Origin: a virus
Taxonomy: Duplodnaviria; Caudoviricetes
DNA: 24,517 bases
Strand: one strand, 5' to 3'
Virus record (IMG/VR): IMGVR_UViG_3300005581_000128
Location: 1-24,517 of that record
Of the stretch, positions 16,991 to 24,517 are shown piece by piece; position 1 is the first letter of the stretch; each line of letters starts with the position of its first letter. The translations under genes and the position numbers were made by a program. Below the pieces are notes generated by a model. The model saw nothing but the letters and a program-made list of their open reading frames with translations, was not told the DNA's origin and searched no databases.

Positions 16991-17355
16991 CACACCGTCA
17001 CGAAATAGAAGGTCCCGGTTTTCGTGTCGCCGCCGGCCGCGACCACGATCTTGATCCGGCCGGATACGGCGATCATGTCGTTCACCGGCTGTCCGGTCGC
17101 CGCATAGAGGGACGCGGCCCCGGCGGTGGAGTGCGTCGCCTGGCGGGGCGCGCGGGTGGCGCTGGCGTTCACGTCGCTCTCGGTCCACAGGGTTTCGCCC
17201 GTGGCGTCCGACGTGATCGTGAAGTCGACGCCGTTGGCGAAGTCCGTCTTGACGTATCGGACCTGCGAAAGCAGGCCGTTGACCGGATCGGAATAGGCCG
17301 TGGCGTCGCCGCTCGCGTCCGTCGTCACCGCCACGGGGAAGGTCTGGACGTGCAT
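16990..17355 (-). CDS. Small beta-rich hypothetical virion protein (121 aa)
   Basis: High-GC3 phage-like codon usage, coupled to the adaptor gene, all-beta pattern. Confidence 0.7.
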   Translation of the reverse strand: MHVQTFPVAVTTDASGDATAYSDPVNGLLSQVRYVKTDFANGVDFTITSDATGETLWTESDVNASATRAPRQATHSTAGAASLYAATGQPVNDMIAVSGRIKIVVAAGGDTKTGTFYFVTV

Positions 17356-17368
17356 TCGTGCCCCCAGA

Positions 17369-17785
17369 TTACCGGCTGATTTCCATGGCCAGGTGGACGC
17401 GCGGCGACCCGCCCGACCCGCCGCCCGTGACGGTGAAATTCACCGCCTGCCCGGCCGTCACTGTGTTCGCCGCGGTTGGGGTCGCGCTGTCGATGTCGCC
17501 GGCGCCCGACGCCGCCGTGGCGATCGTCACAACGCCGTTCGTCACGCCCGTTGCACCGATCGCCGCCGTGACGGTGATATCGGCGGTCGATACCGCGCCG
17601 TCGATCACCGTCCAGATTTTCGAGATGGTGCCGGCGTGAGGGCAGACCACGTAGTAGACGCCCTCGGCCGACCCATCCGCGATATCCAGGCCCACGACGT
17701 AGGTATTGACTTCGGTAGCGGAGGCCGTGACCTCCGTCCCGTCGATCATCAGGGCTTGGTCGCCCTGCCGAAAAGCTGCGGCCAT
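17369..17785 (-). CDS. Small beta-rich putative head decoration/fibre protein (138 aa)
   Basis: GGAG RBS upstream; IDGTEVTASATEVN segment followed by VVCPHAGTISKI...NTVTAGQAVNFTV beta-sandwich pattern. Confidence 0.7.
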   Translation of the reverse strand: MAAAFRQGDQALMIDGTEVTASATEVNTYVVGLDIADGSAEGVYYVVCPHAGTISKIWTVIDGAVSTADITVTAAIGATGVTNGVVTIATAASGAGDIDSATPTAANTVTAGQAVNFTVTGGGSGGSPRVHLAMEISR

Positions 17786-17801
17786 GGCCGGTCTCCGTCA
17801 G

Positions 17802-17825
17802 AAAAAGGGCGGGCCGAAGCCCGCC
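17802..17825 (-). terminator. Intrinsic terminator with C(UUCG)G tetraloop
   Basis: Minus strand GGCGGGC-TTCG-GCCCGCC-C-TTTTT, 5 nt after the stop of 17831..18283. Confidence 0.85.
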
Positions 17826-17830
17826 GCTGG

Positions 17831-18283
17831 TTACGCCAGAACCGGGCTATCGGTCGTCGCGGAGGCGATCACGGTCGATCCCTGCGTGGTCGGGACGCGG
17901 GACGCGTTGTATTGGATGGCAAAGATGCCATCGAACGGCCCGTTCGCGGTCACGTGGAACAGCTGCGCCTCGATGTAGCGGTAGGGAGGGCGCACCACGT
18001 CCAGGATGATCAACTTGTCGTCCGCGTCCGACGCGCCGGCCGTGAAGGTCGCGCTGCCGGTCAGCAGAGCCATCGCGCCCGTGGAATTGGTCGTTGCCCC
18101 CGCCGCTTTCAGCGTCAGCACCGACGTATCCAAGACGTTGCCCATCGCCGCGATGAAACACACGCTGTCAAAGCCGTCCATGTCGATGATGGTGGCCTTG
18201 GTCGGCGTGGCGGAAGCGGCGCCAGCGCCGTCCGCCGAAACCCGCGTGATCTTGGTATTGTTGAGGAGGTTGTGGATGTTCAT
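17831..18283 (-). CDS. Putative capsid cement/decoration protein (150 aa)
   Basis: Immediately after the capsid gene and before the terminator; IIDMDGFDSVCFIAAMG...PYRYIEAQL jelly-roll-like pattern; AGGA RBS. Confidence 0.72.
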   Translation of the reverse strand: MNIHNLLNNTKITRVSADGAGAASATPTKATIIDMDGFDSVCFIAAMGNVLDTSVLTLKAAGATTNSTGAMALLTGSATFTAGASDADDKLIILDVVRPPYRYIEAQLFHVTANGPFDGIFAIQYNASRVPTTQGSTVIASATTDSPVLA

Positions 18284-18307
18284 GGTGGTTCTTCCTGTCT
18301 CCGCTAG

Positions 18308-19630
18308 TTACGACGTGCCGAACTTCATGAACTTCACGGCCTCGTAATTGACCACGCCCCCGCCGACCCGCTTGGTTGTGTAGAACTTGACGTAAGGCTT
18401 GCTGGTCAGGTTGTCGCGAAGCACGCGGATGCCTTGCCGGTCGACGATCTGGTAGAACTGCGCGAAGTCACCGAACGCGAGGGAGAGGCTGTCCGCGCCG
18501 ATCGCCGGCATATCCTCGGCACGCGTCACGGGATAGCCCATGATCGTCTCCGGGACGTTCGCCACGAAAGAAGGCTGCCACAGGTAGTTGCCCATGCCGT
18601 CCTTGAACTTGCGGATAGCAGTGACGACCGAGCGGCGCGTCAACCACCTCGAGTTGGCGAGATACGCCGACTTGAGCGTGCCCGTCAGGTCATACAGCTT
18701 GTCGGCGGGGTTGGACGACGGGAACGCTGCCGAGGTGCCTGTTGCCACATAGCCGACCGAACCCCAGGTGACGCCCGATCCGCTGTCGGCCGCCATGGTG
18801 TAGCTAGTGATCCCGCGGATTTTGTTCGCCGCGCCCGTCACGAACTCGGCACTCTCGAAACGGCCGAACTTGTCCGCCACCTTGCCTGACAGCCAGCCCT
18901 CGATGTCAACCGAGGCGTCGTCGAGAAGTTGCTGCGTGGTCTTGGGTTCGGTGTCGATCCAGAATACCGGGATGCGCCACTTGCCGACCTGCGGCGTCGT
19001 GGTGTCGCTGCCCTGCGACCGTTCGCCCGCGTAGCCGGCGCCGGCTTCTCCCAGGTCCTCGATGCCTTCCAGCGCGTCGGTGGAGATGGTCTGAGCCGAC
19101 ACGATCTGCCGCATCGGGGAGGTTTCATAGACCTTGCGGACGATGCGCCCGCCCGTGTCCGGAGTCACGAAGTAGCCGCCATCCGGGTCGGAACCGACCG
19201 CCAGAACCTTGAACTCGTCGGAGTTCAGGGCGTCGCGGCCCTTCCGGGTGTAGACATCCAGCGCGACCTTGTAGGCGTCATATCCGGCATCCTCCAGCGG
19301 CGTGAACGCCTGGCGCTTCTCGGCCATGATCCCGCCGATCTGGACGTTAAACTCCTTGAGTTCCAGCGCCCGCTTGACCTCGGTTTCGGTGCCGCGCAGG
19401 CCGGACCGGTTGATCTTGAGTTCCAGCGCCTCGCGTTCCGCCTTTTCGGCCTTGATCGCGGCCTCGATCGCGGCCTTGGCCTCGACGGCCTGATCCAGCG
19501 ACTTTTCGATGCGCATCAGCTTCTCAGCCGTCACGACATCGGCCTTTTTCAGATCGTCATGCGTCGCCTTGAACGCCTCGAAGGCTTCGCCCTGCTTGTC
19601 CAGCAGGCTCTTGAACTCGGTCATATCCAT
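18308..19630 (-). CDS. Major capsid protein, HK97 fold (440 aa)
   Basis: Coiled-coil N-terminal scaffold (delta) region, LAVGSDPDGGYFVTP, KFKDGMGNYLWQPS, FGDFAQFYQIVDRQGIRVLRD, FYTTKRVGGGV. Confidence 0.97.
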   Translation of the reverse strand: MDMTEFKSLLDKQGEAFEAFKATHDDLKKADVVTAEKLMRIEKSLDQAVEAKAAIEAAIKAEKAEREALELKINRSGLRGTETEVKRALELKEFNVQIGGIMAEKRQAFTPLEDAGYDAYKVALDVYTRKGRDALNSDEFKVLAVGSDPDGGYFVTPDTGGRIVRKVYETSPMRQIVSAQTISTDALEGIEDLGEAGAGYAGERSQGSDTTTPQVGKWRIPVFWIDTEPKTTQQLLDDASVDIEGWLSGKVADKFGRFESAEFVTGAANKIRGITSYTMAADSGSGVTWGSVGYVATGTSAAFPSSNPADKLYDLTGTLKSAYLANSRWLTRRSVVTAIRKFKDGMGNYLWQPSFVANVPETIMGYPVTRAEDMPAIGADSLSLAFGDFAQFYQIVDRQGIRVLRDNLTSKPYVKFYTTKRVGGGVVNYEAVKFMKFGTS

Positions 19631-19644
19631 TGTAGTAGGGTTCC

Positions 19645-20292
19645 TTAACGGAGAAGTTGGGTGTTTCGGCGGACGAGTTCCGCCAGTTCTTCGCTCACCC
19701 CACCGGCATCCCGCTCGGATCGGATTGCACGAAAGCCACCGGCCAGAAGGCCCTTGGCTTCCTTCGCGGACAGCGCCGGCAACGTCCCGTTGATCAGCGC
19801 TTCCTCAAACTCTCGAATGGTCTGGATTTCCTCAGCCGCCTTGAAGCCCGTCACGCGGGCGCTTTCGTTCATTCCGAACGGGAGCAGGCTGATTTCAAAC
19901 AGACGGACTTCCTTCAACAGCCGCGCCTTGCGCCGCCCATCGTAGGAATGATCAACCGCACGATACCCGATCGACATGGCGTCGATGACGCCCTCCTTGA
20001 GGTCGATATAGGCATCCTTGCCATCCTGCTTTTCCAGCAACAGGCGGCCTTTGACGAACAGGCCCTTTTCGTCCTCGGCGATGTCCGTCCACACCCCGAT
20101 CCGCTTGGTCGAATTGTGGTCCGCGAACATCTTGACGCCCTTGGCGCCGCTGGCCTTGATGGACTTCTTGAACGCGCCGGCAACCACGATATCGCCGCCA
20201 AGGTCGCGCTCACCGAACGTCGACGCGTAGCCCTCAAAATGGCCAGCATCCGTCAGACCCTTCACTTCGAGGGCGAAATCAAGCCTGTCCAT
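19645..20292 (-). CDS. HK97-family prohead maturation protease (215 aa)
   Basis: FEGYASTFGERDLGGDIVVAGAF, catalytic His region MFADH, IGVW, catalytic Ser region MSIGY, LFEISLL. Confidence 0.96.
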   Translation of the reverse strand: MDRLDFALEVKGLTDAGHFEGYASTFGERDLGGDIVVAGAFKKSIKASGAKGVKMFADHNSTKRIGVWTDIAEDEKGLFVKGRLLLEKQDGKDAYIDLKEGVIDAMSIGYRAVDHSYDGRRKARLLKEVRLFEISLLPFGMNESARVTGFKAAEEIQTIREFEEALINGTLPALSAKEAKGLLAGGFRAIRSERDAGGVSEELAELVRRNTQLLR

Positions 20293-20304
20293 TCGGGGTA
20301 TCCC

Positions 20305-21534
20305 TTACGCGCCGGGATCAGCCGGCGGGCTGGCTGAAGGTTGAGCGGTTGCGGGTTGCGCAAGTTCATCGGCCTCGGGATCGTCGCTGCGGTCCATGTC
20401 CTCAAAGCCCCGCACATCGTTTTGGGTGAGCCACCCCTTGCCGCCGCCAGAGCCCAGGCCCCTGGCGTAATACTCGGCCCGGTCCTTCGCCGCGCCGCGC
20501 ATCAGGGCATTCGGGTTGATCTTGGTGTAGAGGCCCGCCCGGCGCTGTTCTTCGCTCAGCAGGTTCACGTCCGCCGATTGCTCGATCCGCTGATACCAGG
20601 GCATCAAAGTGTGGACGACGTGAGCAAGAAACATTTGCTCCGCGCTCGCATAAGTCGATGACTTGTCGTAATGCCCGACCATGATCGGCATGACGCGGAA
20701 GTGCCGGCAGATTTCCTCGATCTGGTGGCGCCGGGTCTCGATTAGCTGCTGATCGACGCCGGTCATGGTCATCGGGAGGAATTTTGCGTTTCGGTCCGCG
20801 ATCAGCGGCTTATGTGACCTGTCGCCGCCGATCTGGTGGCGGTCAAGCCATGCTGCCATTTGCTCAAACTGCGCCTTGTCCAGCCGGCCATCAACCGAAA
20901 CCGCGCCCGTTACCTTGGCGCCGTTTTTCTGAAACTCGGCCTGCCCCTGCTCCAGCGAAATGGCCAGGCCAAGGGCATTTCGGGCCATCTTGACCGCATC
21001 CAGGCCCATCCACGAGTTCCAGGACGGGCCGCGAAGGTGCCAGATGGCGTCTTGGCCGAAGTCCTTGGCCTCTCCCGTGTCCGCCGTCACCCGATATTGC
21101 AGCGACATGTTCGGGAGTTGCTTGACCGTGACCCGGCCCGGCTCGATCGGGATCAGTTCGCGGATTTCACGCGCGACGCCAACCCGGTTCATAAAACTGT
21201 AGGCGTTTCCGCAGAATATCGCGTGCAACAGCACGGTCTCGCGGTATTCAAAGCTAGTCTGCCAGGGGTTCGGCCGACGATAAAGCACGTAATCTAGCGG
21301 ATCGTCAGCGACCTGCTTGCGCCCGTCCCGCTCTTGCATCAGATGCCACGGGGTTTGCGCGCACCCCTCCGAAATCACACGGCCGCACGCCAGCGCGGTT
21401 GCCGTCTCAAGCGCCGCCTGCGTGTTAATCGTGACGCCGGCCGTGCTTTCCCTACCGCCGCCGTAAACCTCGCGAAACAATTCGAGCGAAGTCATCTTTG
21501 CAGCAAATCCGATGATGCGGTGGAGGATGCCCAT
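20305..21534 (-). CDS. Portal protein, HK97 family (409 aa; start revised to ATG 21534)
   Basis: LYRRPNPWQTSFEY, GNAY, IWHLRG, IEEICRHFRVMPIMVG, TLMPWYQRIEQ, GWLTQNDVRGFE. ATG lies 4 nt after the terL stop. Confidence 0.96.
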   Translation of the reverse strand: MGILHRIIGFAAKMTSLELFREVYGGGRESTAGVTINTQAALETATALACGRVISEGCAQTPWHLMQERDGRKQVADDPLDYVLYRRPNPWQTSFEYRETVLLHAIFCGNAYSFMNRVGVAREIRELIPIEPGRVTVKQLPNMSLQYRVTADTGEAKDFGQDAIWHLRGPSWNSWMGLDAVKMARNALGLAISLEQGQAEFQKNGAKVTGAVSVDGRLDKAQFEQMAAWLDRHQIGGDRSHKPLIADRNAKFLPMTMTGVDQQLIETRRHQIEEICRHFRVMPIMVGHYDKSSTYASAEQMFLAHVVHTLMPWYQRIEQSADVNLLSEEQRRAGLYTKINPNALMRGAAKDRAEYYARGLGSGGGKGWLTQNDVRGFEDMDRSDDPEADELAQPATAQPSASPPADPGA

Positions 21535-21538
21535 CAGG

Positions 21539-23350
21539 CTATGCGGCTTCCCAAAACGACACTTCCTCGGCCATCCCGCGCGCCTCGGCCGCCCCGGCCA
21601 GCATCGCCAGGACCACAAGCCCGTCAATGCGCCCGCGCTGCTGCGCCTTCACTAGATACCGATTGCCGCGCGCATCCGCCTTGATCGCCGCGTTGCCCGC
21701 ACACCATTTCGTGATCGGGCTTTCGTCAATCACGATCTCACCGTTCAGGATCATGTCTTCCAGAACGCCAAGAGACCGAGGCATCCACAGCATTTTGTCG
21801 CTGGTCATGCCCTGCGCCCCTTGCCCGTGGATGACCATTTTCAGGCCGGACCCGTATTCTTCGTCGGGGGACCAGACCCAGGTATCCAGCCCGATTGCGT
21901 CGCACGCGACCCGGAAGTCGCTCATGAAGGCCGGATCGACGGCCATCATTTCCACGTCGTATTCAGCACAAAGCCGCTGCACTTCCATGGCCACGAACGT
22001 GTAGTCGATCGTCCGGCCCGGAACGGCGTTCAAGATCGGGTTCGGTCCCTGCGCCCATTCGACATAGGACGCCCGATCAGCCCGCGCCGCCTCGGCCAGC
22101 CCATCCGCCGGCTTCCAATATCGCACCGCGGCAACCAACCTGCCTTCGTCGTCCCGGCACCCGATCCCGAGCGCGGTCAGGTCGTTCTTGCGGCTCAGGT
22201 CCAATGACAGCCAGCATGACCGGCCGGCGAATGCGTCCATGTCCACCCGGCCTTGCGCGCCTTCCCAGGCGTCCAAGTCGATCCAATATTCGGCCGTGCC
22301 GACCGGAATGCCGAAATACAGGCGCTTGGTCGCCAGAGCCTTGGCCATTCGCCCCTTCGCGCTCTGGACCTCGCCTCGCACATTCTCAATCGGGAACGTC
22401 AACCCCAGGCACGGCAGGGACTTCCGCCACACGCTTTCATCGTTCATCGGGTCGTCACCGGGATCAGTCCGGGCGATCAGCGAGAACGCCGCGTCGTCAT
22501 CAGCTTCGCCGCGCAAGATCGACTGGTAGACCTCGGAATACTCAGTTCCCACCAACTGGTCCGCCGCCGGGGTATTCGTGCCCAGCAGCATCAGGCTATC
22601 GCCCGGCATCTTCGCGATTGCCGCCTGCCACGTCTCGATGGCGCCGCCCGTCCGCCATTCGTGGATTTCATCACCCAGCACCAGCGATGGGCGCGGGCCG
22701 TTCACTCGTTCGTCACCTGCCAGCGCACGGAACACAGACCGCGTGGCCGGGTGTTCAATCATCCAGGACATTTGCCCGTTGCCCCGGATCAGCACTTCTC
22801 CGAGGCTTTCCAGCGTCTCGCCATCCCGGCCGGGGATCGGCGCCTGGCACATCGCCGCCGCGTCCTGGAACAAAACGTTCGCTTGGTTTCGGTCCTTCGC
22901 GATCGCGTAAACCTCAGAACGTGCAACCCCGCACCATCCCATGACATACAGGCCGAGGGCCGCCATCAGCGGGCTTTTGATCTGCCCCTTGCCCAATTCC
23001 AACCACGCATGGCGGAAGCGCCGCCGGCCGTCTGCCCTCATCCAACCAAACAGCGAACCGACGACGAATGTCGTGTAGCTCGGCAAGTTGAACGGTTCGC
23101 CGACCTTCGCGCCCGCAGTGACCGACAACACCGCCGGGAAGAACGCCTGCGCCCGCTCGGCCTGTTCCGTTCGCCAATGCAGCCCGCGCTTGGGTCCGTC
23201 CTTCAGGTCGCGTAGGTGCCGCTCACAGGCCAGCCGCATGAAGTGGCCGGACACCACATCGCCGTTCACGACATCCTCGGCCCATGCCGAGGCGGGGTCT
23301 GTGTCGGGGTGGTATTTACGCTTTCGTGGCAAGGAACCTGTCTGCCGCAT
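21539..23350 (-). CDS. terL: Terminase large subunit (603 aa)
   Basis: RRFRHAWLELGKGQIKS Walker A region, LVLGDEIHE Walker B, LSLDLSRKNDLTA and RIDGLV RNase H-like nuclease motifs. Confidence 0.96.
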   Translation of the reverse strand: MRQTGSLPRKRKYHPDTDPASAWAEDVVNGDVVSGHFMRLACERHLRDLKDGPKRGLHWRTEQAERAQAFFPAVLSVTAGAKVGEPFNLPSYTTFVVGSLFGWMRADGRRRFRHAWLELGKGQIKSPLMAALGLYVMGWCGVARSEVYAIAKDRNQANVLFQDAAAMCQAPIPGRDGETLESLGEVLIRGNGQMSWMIEHPATRSVFRALAGDERVNGPRPSLVLGDEIHEWRTGGAIETWQAAIAKMPGDSLMLLGTNTPAADQLVGTEYSEVYQSILRGEADDDAAFSLIARTDPGDDPMNDESVWRKSLPCLGLTFPIENVRGEVQSAKGRMAKALATKRLYFGIPVGTAEYWIDLDAWEGAQGRVDMDAFAGRSCWLSLDLSRKNDLTALGIGCRDDEGRLVAAVRYWKPADGLAEAARADRASYVEWAQGPNPILNAVPGRTIDYTFVAMEVQRLCAEYDVEMMAVDPAFMSDFRVACDAIGLDTWVWSPDEEYGSGLKMVIHGQGAQGMTSDKMLWMPRSLGVLEDMILNGEIVIDESPITKWCAGNAAIKADARGNRYLVKAQQRGRIDGLVVLAMLAGAAEARGMAEEVSFWEAA

Positions 23351-23786
23351 TCGTAGCCTTCTTCACCGCAGCAGTTTTACCGACCCGCCCGCGCATTGAT
23401 GGCGGCAGGCCCAACTCAGCCTCGATCTTCATGCAACGCTCAGCGGCACCATTCGCAATCGAGAGATACGGGTTTTGCATCGGGGTCCCGGTTCGTGGCG
23501 CAGGGACCACCGGACCGTGTTTCGTTATATGCGCCTCGGCCAGTCGCCACCGCGCATAGCTCACCGCCAGCATTTCCAGCGCGGTTGCGTTCTCCGGCCC
23601 GAGCGTCCGCATACGGGTCATATCCGCAACGGCCGCATTCCATTTCTGGCTGGCAATCTCTGCCGCTCGCTCCCCCCAGCTTTCGCCGGGGTATTCCGTC
23701 AGCCAGTCCGGTTCCGATACCGCCGCCGAGGCGAAAACCCCGGCAACGACGTTATCGACCGGCGCGGCCGGCTTTTTGCCTCGCAT
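23316..23786 (-). CDS. terS: Terminase small subunit, P27 family (156 aa)
   Basis: MRGKKP N-terminus; QNPYLSIANGAAERCMKIEAELGLPPSMRGRV matches the NP...ELGLTPxxRxR signature. Confidence 0.93.
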   Translation of the reverse strand: MRGKKPAAPVDNVVAGVFASAAVSEPDWLTEYPGESWGERAAEIASQKWNAAVADMTRMRTLGPENATALEMLAVSYARWRLAEAHITKHGPVVPAPRTGTPMQNPYLSIANGAAERCMKIEAELGLPPSMRGRVGKTAAVKKATNAADRFLATKA

Positions 23787-24477
23787 TACCCCACCAATCG
23801 CCAGCAGCAGCCGGCATCCATGTCGCGGGCGCGTCTTTCACGTCCGATGCGGCCAGCAGGTTTACCGCGTCCGCATGGACCATGCGCCGGACCGGGAGCG
23901 GCCGCCCGCGCGCCCACATCTCCGCCATCATGTCGTCGACCACCGCGTAGATTGCGGGATCGTCGGACACATCGGATTGCTCAAAGCGCGGATTGGCGTT
24001 CAGGTTCATCGACCCACGGATCACCACCCGCCATCCACATTTCGTCGAAATCGTCACGATCTTAGCGTGGCTTTTCGTCACCCGCACGCAGTCGTCACCA
24101 AACTGCGCCTGTAAGTCCGCCACGATCGGCATGTCCCGCTGTGCGCCAGCCCAGTCCATAACCAGCCGGAAGCCGGACACCGCGCCGTTGGTCATGAATG
24201 CCGTGATCGCCTGGACCTCGTATTCCGCAATGCACCAGGTCCACACGGAGACATCAGCCGGCCCGGTCTTTGCCAGCACCGCCGACGCAATGTCGATCAT
24301 TGAAAATTGGCCTTTAGTCAGGCCGAAAACATGGGCGCCACGATCAAACCCGGAAAGCGCATCAGTCGCGCTACCCAGGCACCGGACAGCGGACGATTGC
24401 CGACGCTTAAACGCCGCCGTCGAACCCTTGGCGCGCATCTCGTTCGGGTTAGTCCCGAATGCTTCAAACTGTGCCAT
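23752..24477 (-). CDS. Single-domain phospholipase D-fold protein, putative nuclease (241 aa)
   Basis: SHAKIVTI (HxK, 24061-24069) ... RGSMNLNANPRFE (GSxN, 24004-24015, plus downstream Glu); strong AGGAGGA RBS at 24482-24488. Confidence 0.75.
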   Translation of the reverse strand: MAQFEAFGTNPNEMRAKGSTAAFKRRQSSAVRCLGSATDALSGFDRGAHVFGLTKGQFSMIDIASAVLAKTGPADVSVWTWCIAEYEVQAITAFMTNGAVSGFRLVMDWAGAQRDMPIVADLQAQFGDDCVRVTKSHAKIVTISTKCGWRVVIRGSMNLNANPRFEQSDVSDDPAIYAVVDDMMAEMWARGRPLPVRRMVHADAVNLLAASDVKDAPATWMPAAAGDWWGNARQKAGRAGR

Positions 24478-24481
24478 GTAT

Positions 24482-24503
24482 TCCTCCTAACTCACGGATT
24501 ATA
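24482..24503 (-). promoter_or_regulatory. Candidate sigma70 -10 box (TATAAT) and strong RBS for the PLD-fold gene
   Basis: Minus strand GTGCTAG-TATAAT-CCGTGAGTT-AGGAGGA-ATAC-ATG; TATAAT at 24498-24503. The -35 position would fall outside the window. Confidence 0.5.
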
Positions 24504-24517
24504 CTAGCACATCCGGC

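Noticed and set aside
18283-18310. Capsid stop is in frame with the next gene through a stop-free 24-nt spacer (TAA CTA GCG GAG ACA GGA AGA ACC ACC ATG), suggesting a read-through fusion
   Set aside because: TAA is an efficient bacterial stop, same-frame spacing occurs one time in three, and the spacer contains its own RBS.
14511-21627. Long N-terminal extensions in track ORFs 14511..15296, 15595..16056, 15969..16439, 16358..17188 and 20305..21627
   Set aside because: They overlap upstream genes extensively; coupled or adjacent starts at 14963, 15972, 16358, 16990 and 21534 give normal-sized proteins.
21539-23350. Intein or intron in terL
   Set aside because: The ORF is continuous, of normal length, and has no splicing motifs.
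5541-23786. Gene transfer agent (RcGTA-like) cluster
   Set aside because: The 1346-aa tape measure, P27-type terS, HK97 gp10-like gene and lack of recognisable RcGTA tail-tip/NlpC genes fit a genuine long-tailed phage better.
23316-23786. Both ends of terS overlap the neighbouring genes by exactly 35 nt
   Set aside because: No shared sequence beyond AATGCG at the starts; terS/terL overlaps are common, so probably coincidence.

Overview
The whole window is one tightly packed, minus-strand virion morphogenesis operon of a GC-rich, long-tailed (siphovirus-type) HK97-fold phage or prophage. An alphaproteobacterial host is a soft inference from GC content and protein style. Reading right to left: PLD-fold (HxK...GSxN) putative nuclease, terminase small and large subunits, portal, prohead protease, major capsid protein, three small beta-rich proteins, head-tail adaptor, a fourth small beta-rich protein, head-closure protein, HK97 gp10-like neck protein, tail terminator, two tandem paralogous tail tube genes (the first with a ConA-like lectin extension), tail assembly chaperone with a G GGA AAC -1 frameshift, 1346-aa tape measure, two tail-tip proteins, and five fibre/receptor-binding genes. 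These include a 1054-aa fibre ending in an SGNH esterase and a tailspike-like ORF with an apparent Sec signal peptide that runs off the left edge and is missing from the ORF track. No integrase, lysis, replication, RNA genes or CRISPR are visible. The most unusual items are: a structured RNA-like leader before the chaperone gene whose hairpin loop is complementary to three CCCGACA repeats around the RBS and start codon; the duplicated tail tube genes; the PLD-type gene beside terS where an HNH nuclease often sits; and the signal-peptide-bearing tailspike. All family calls come from motif recognition and synteny by eye; no database searches were run.
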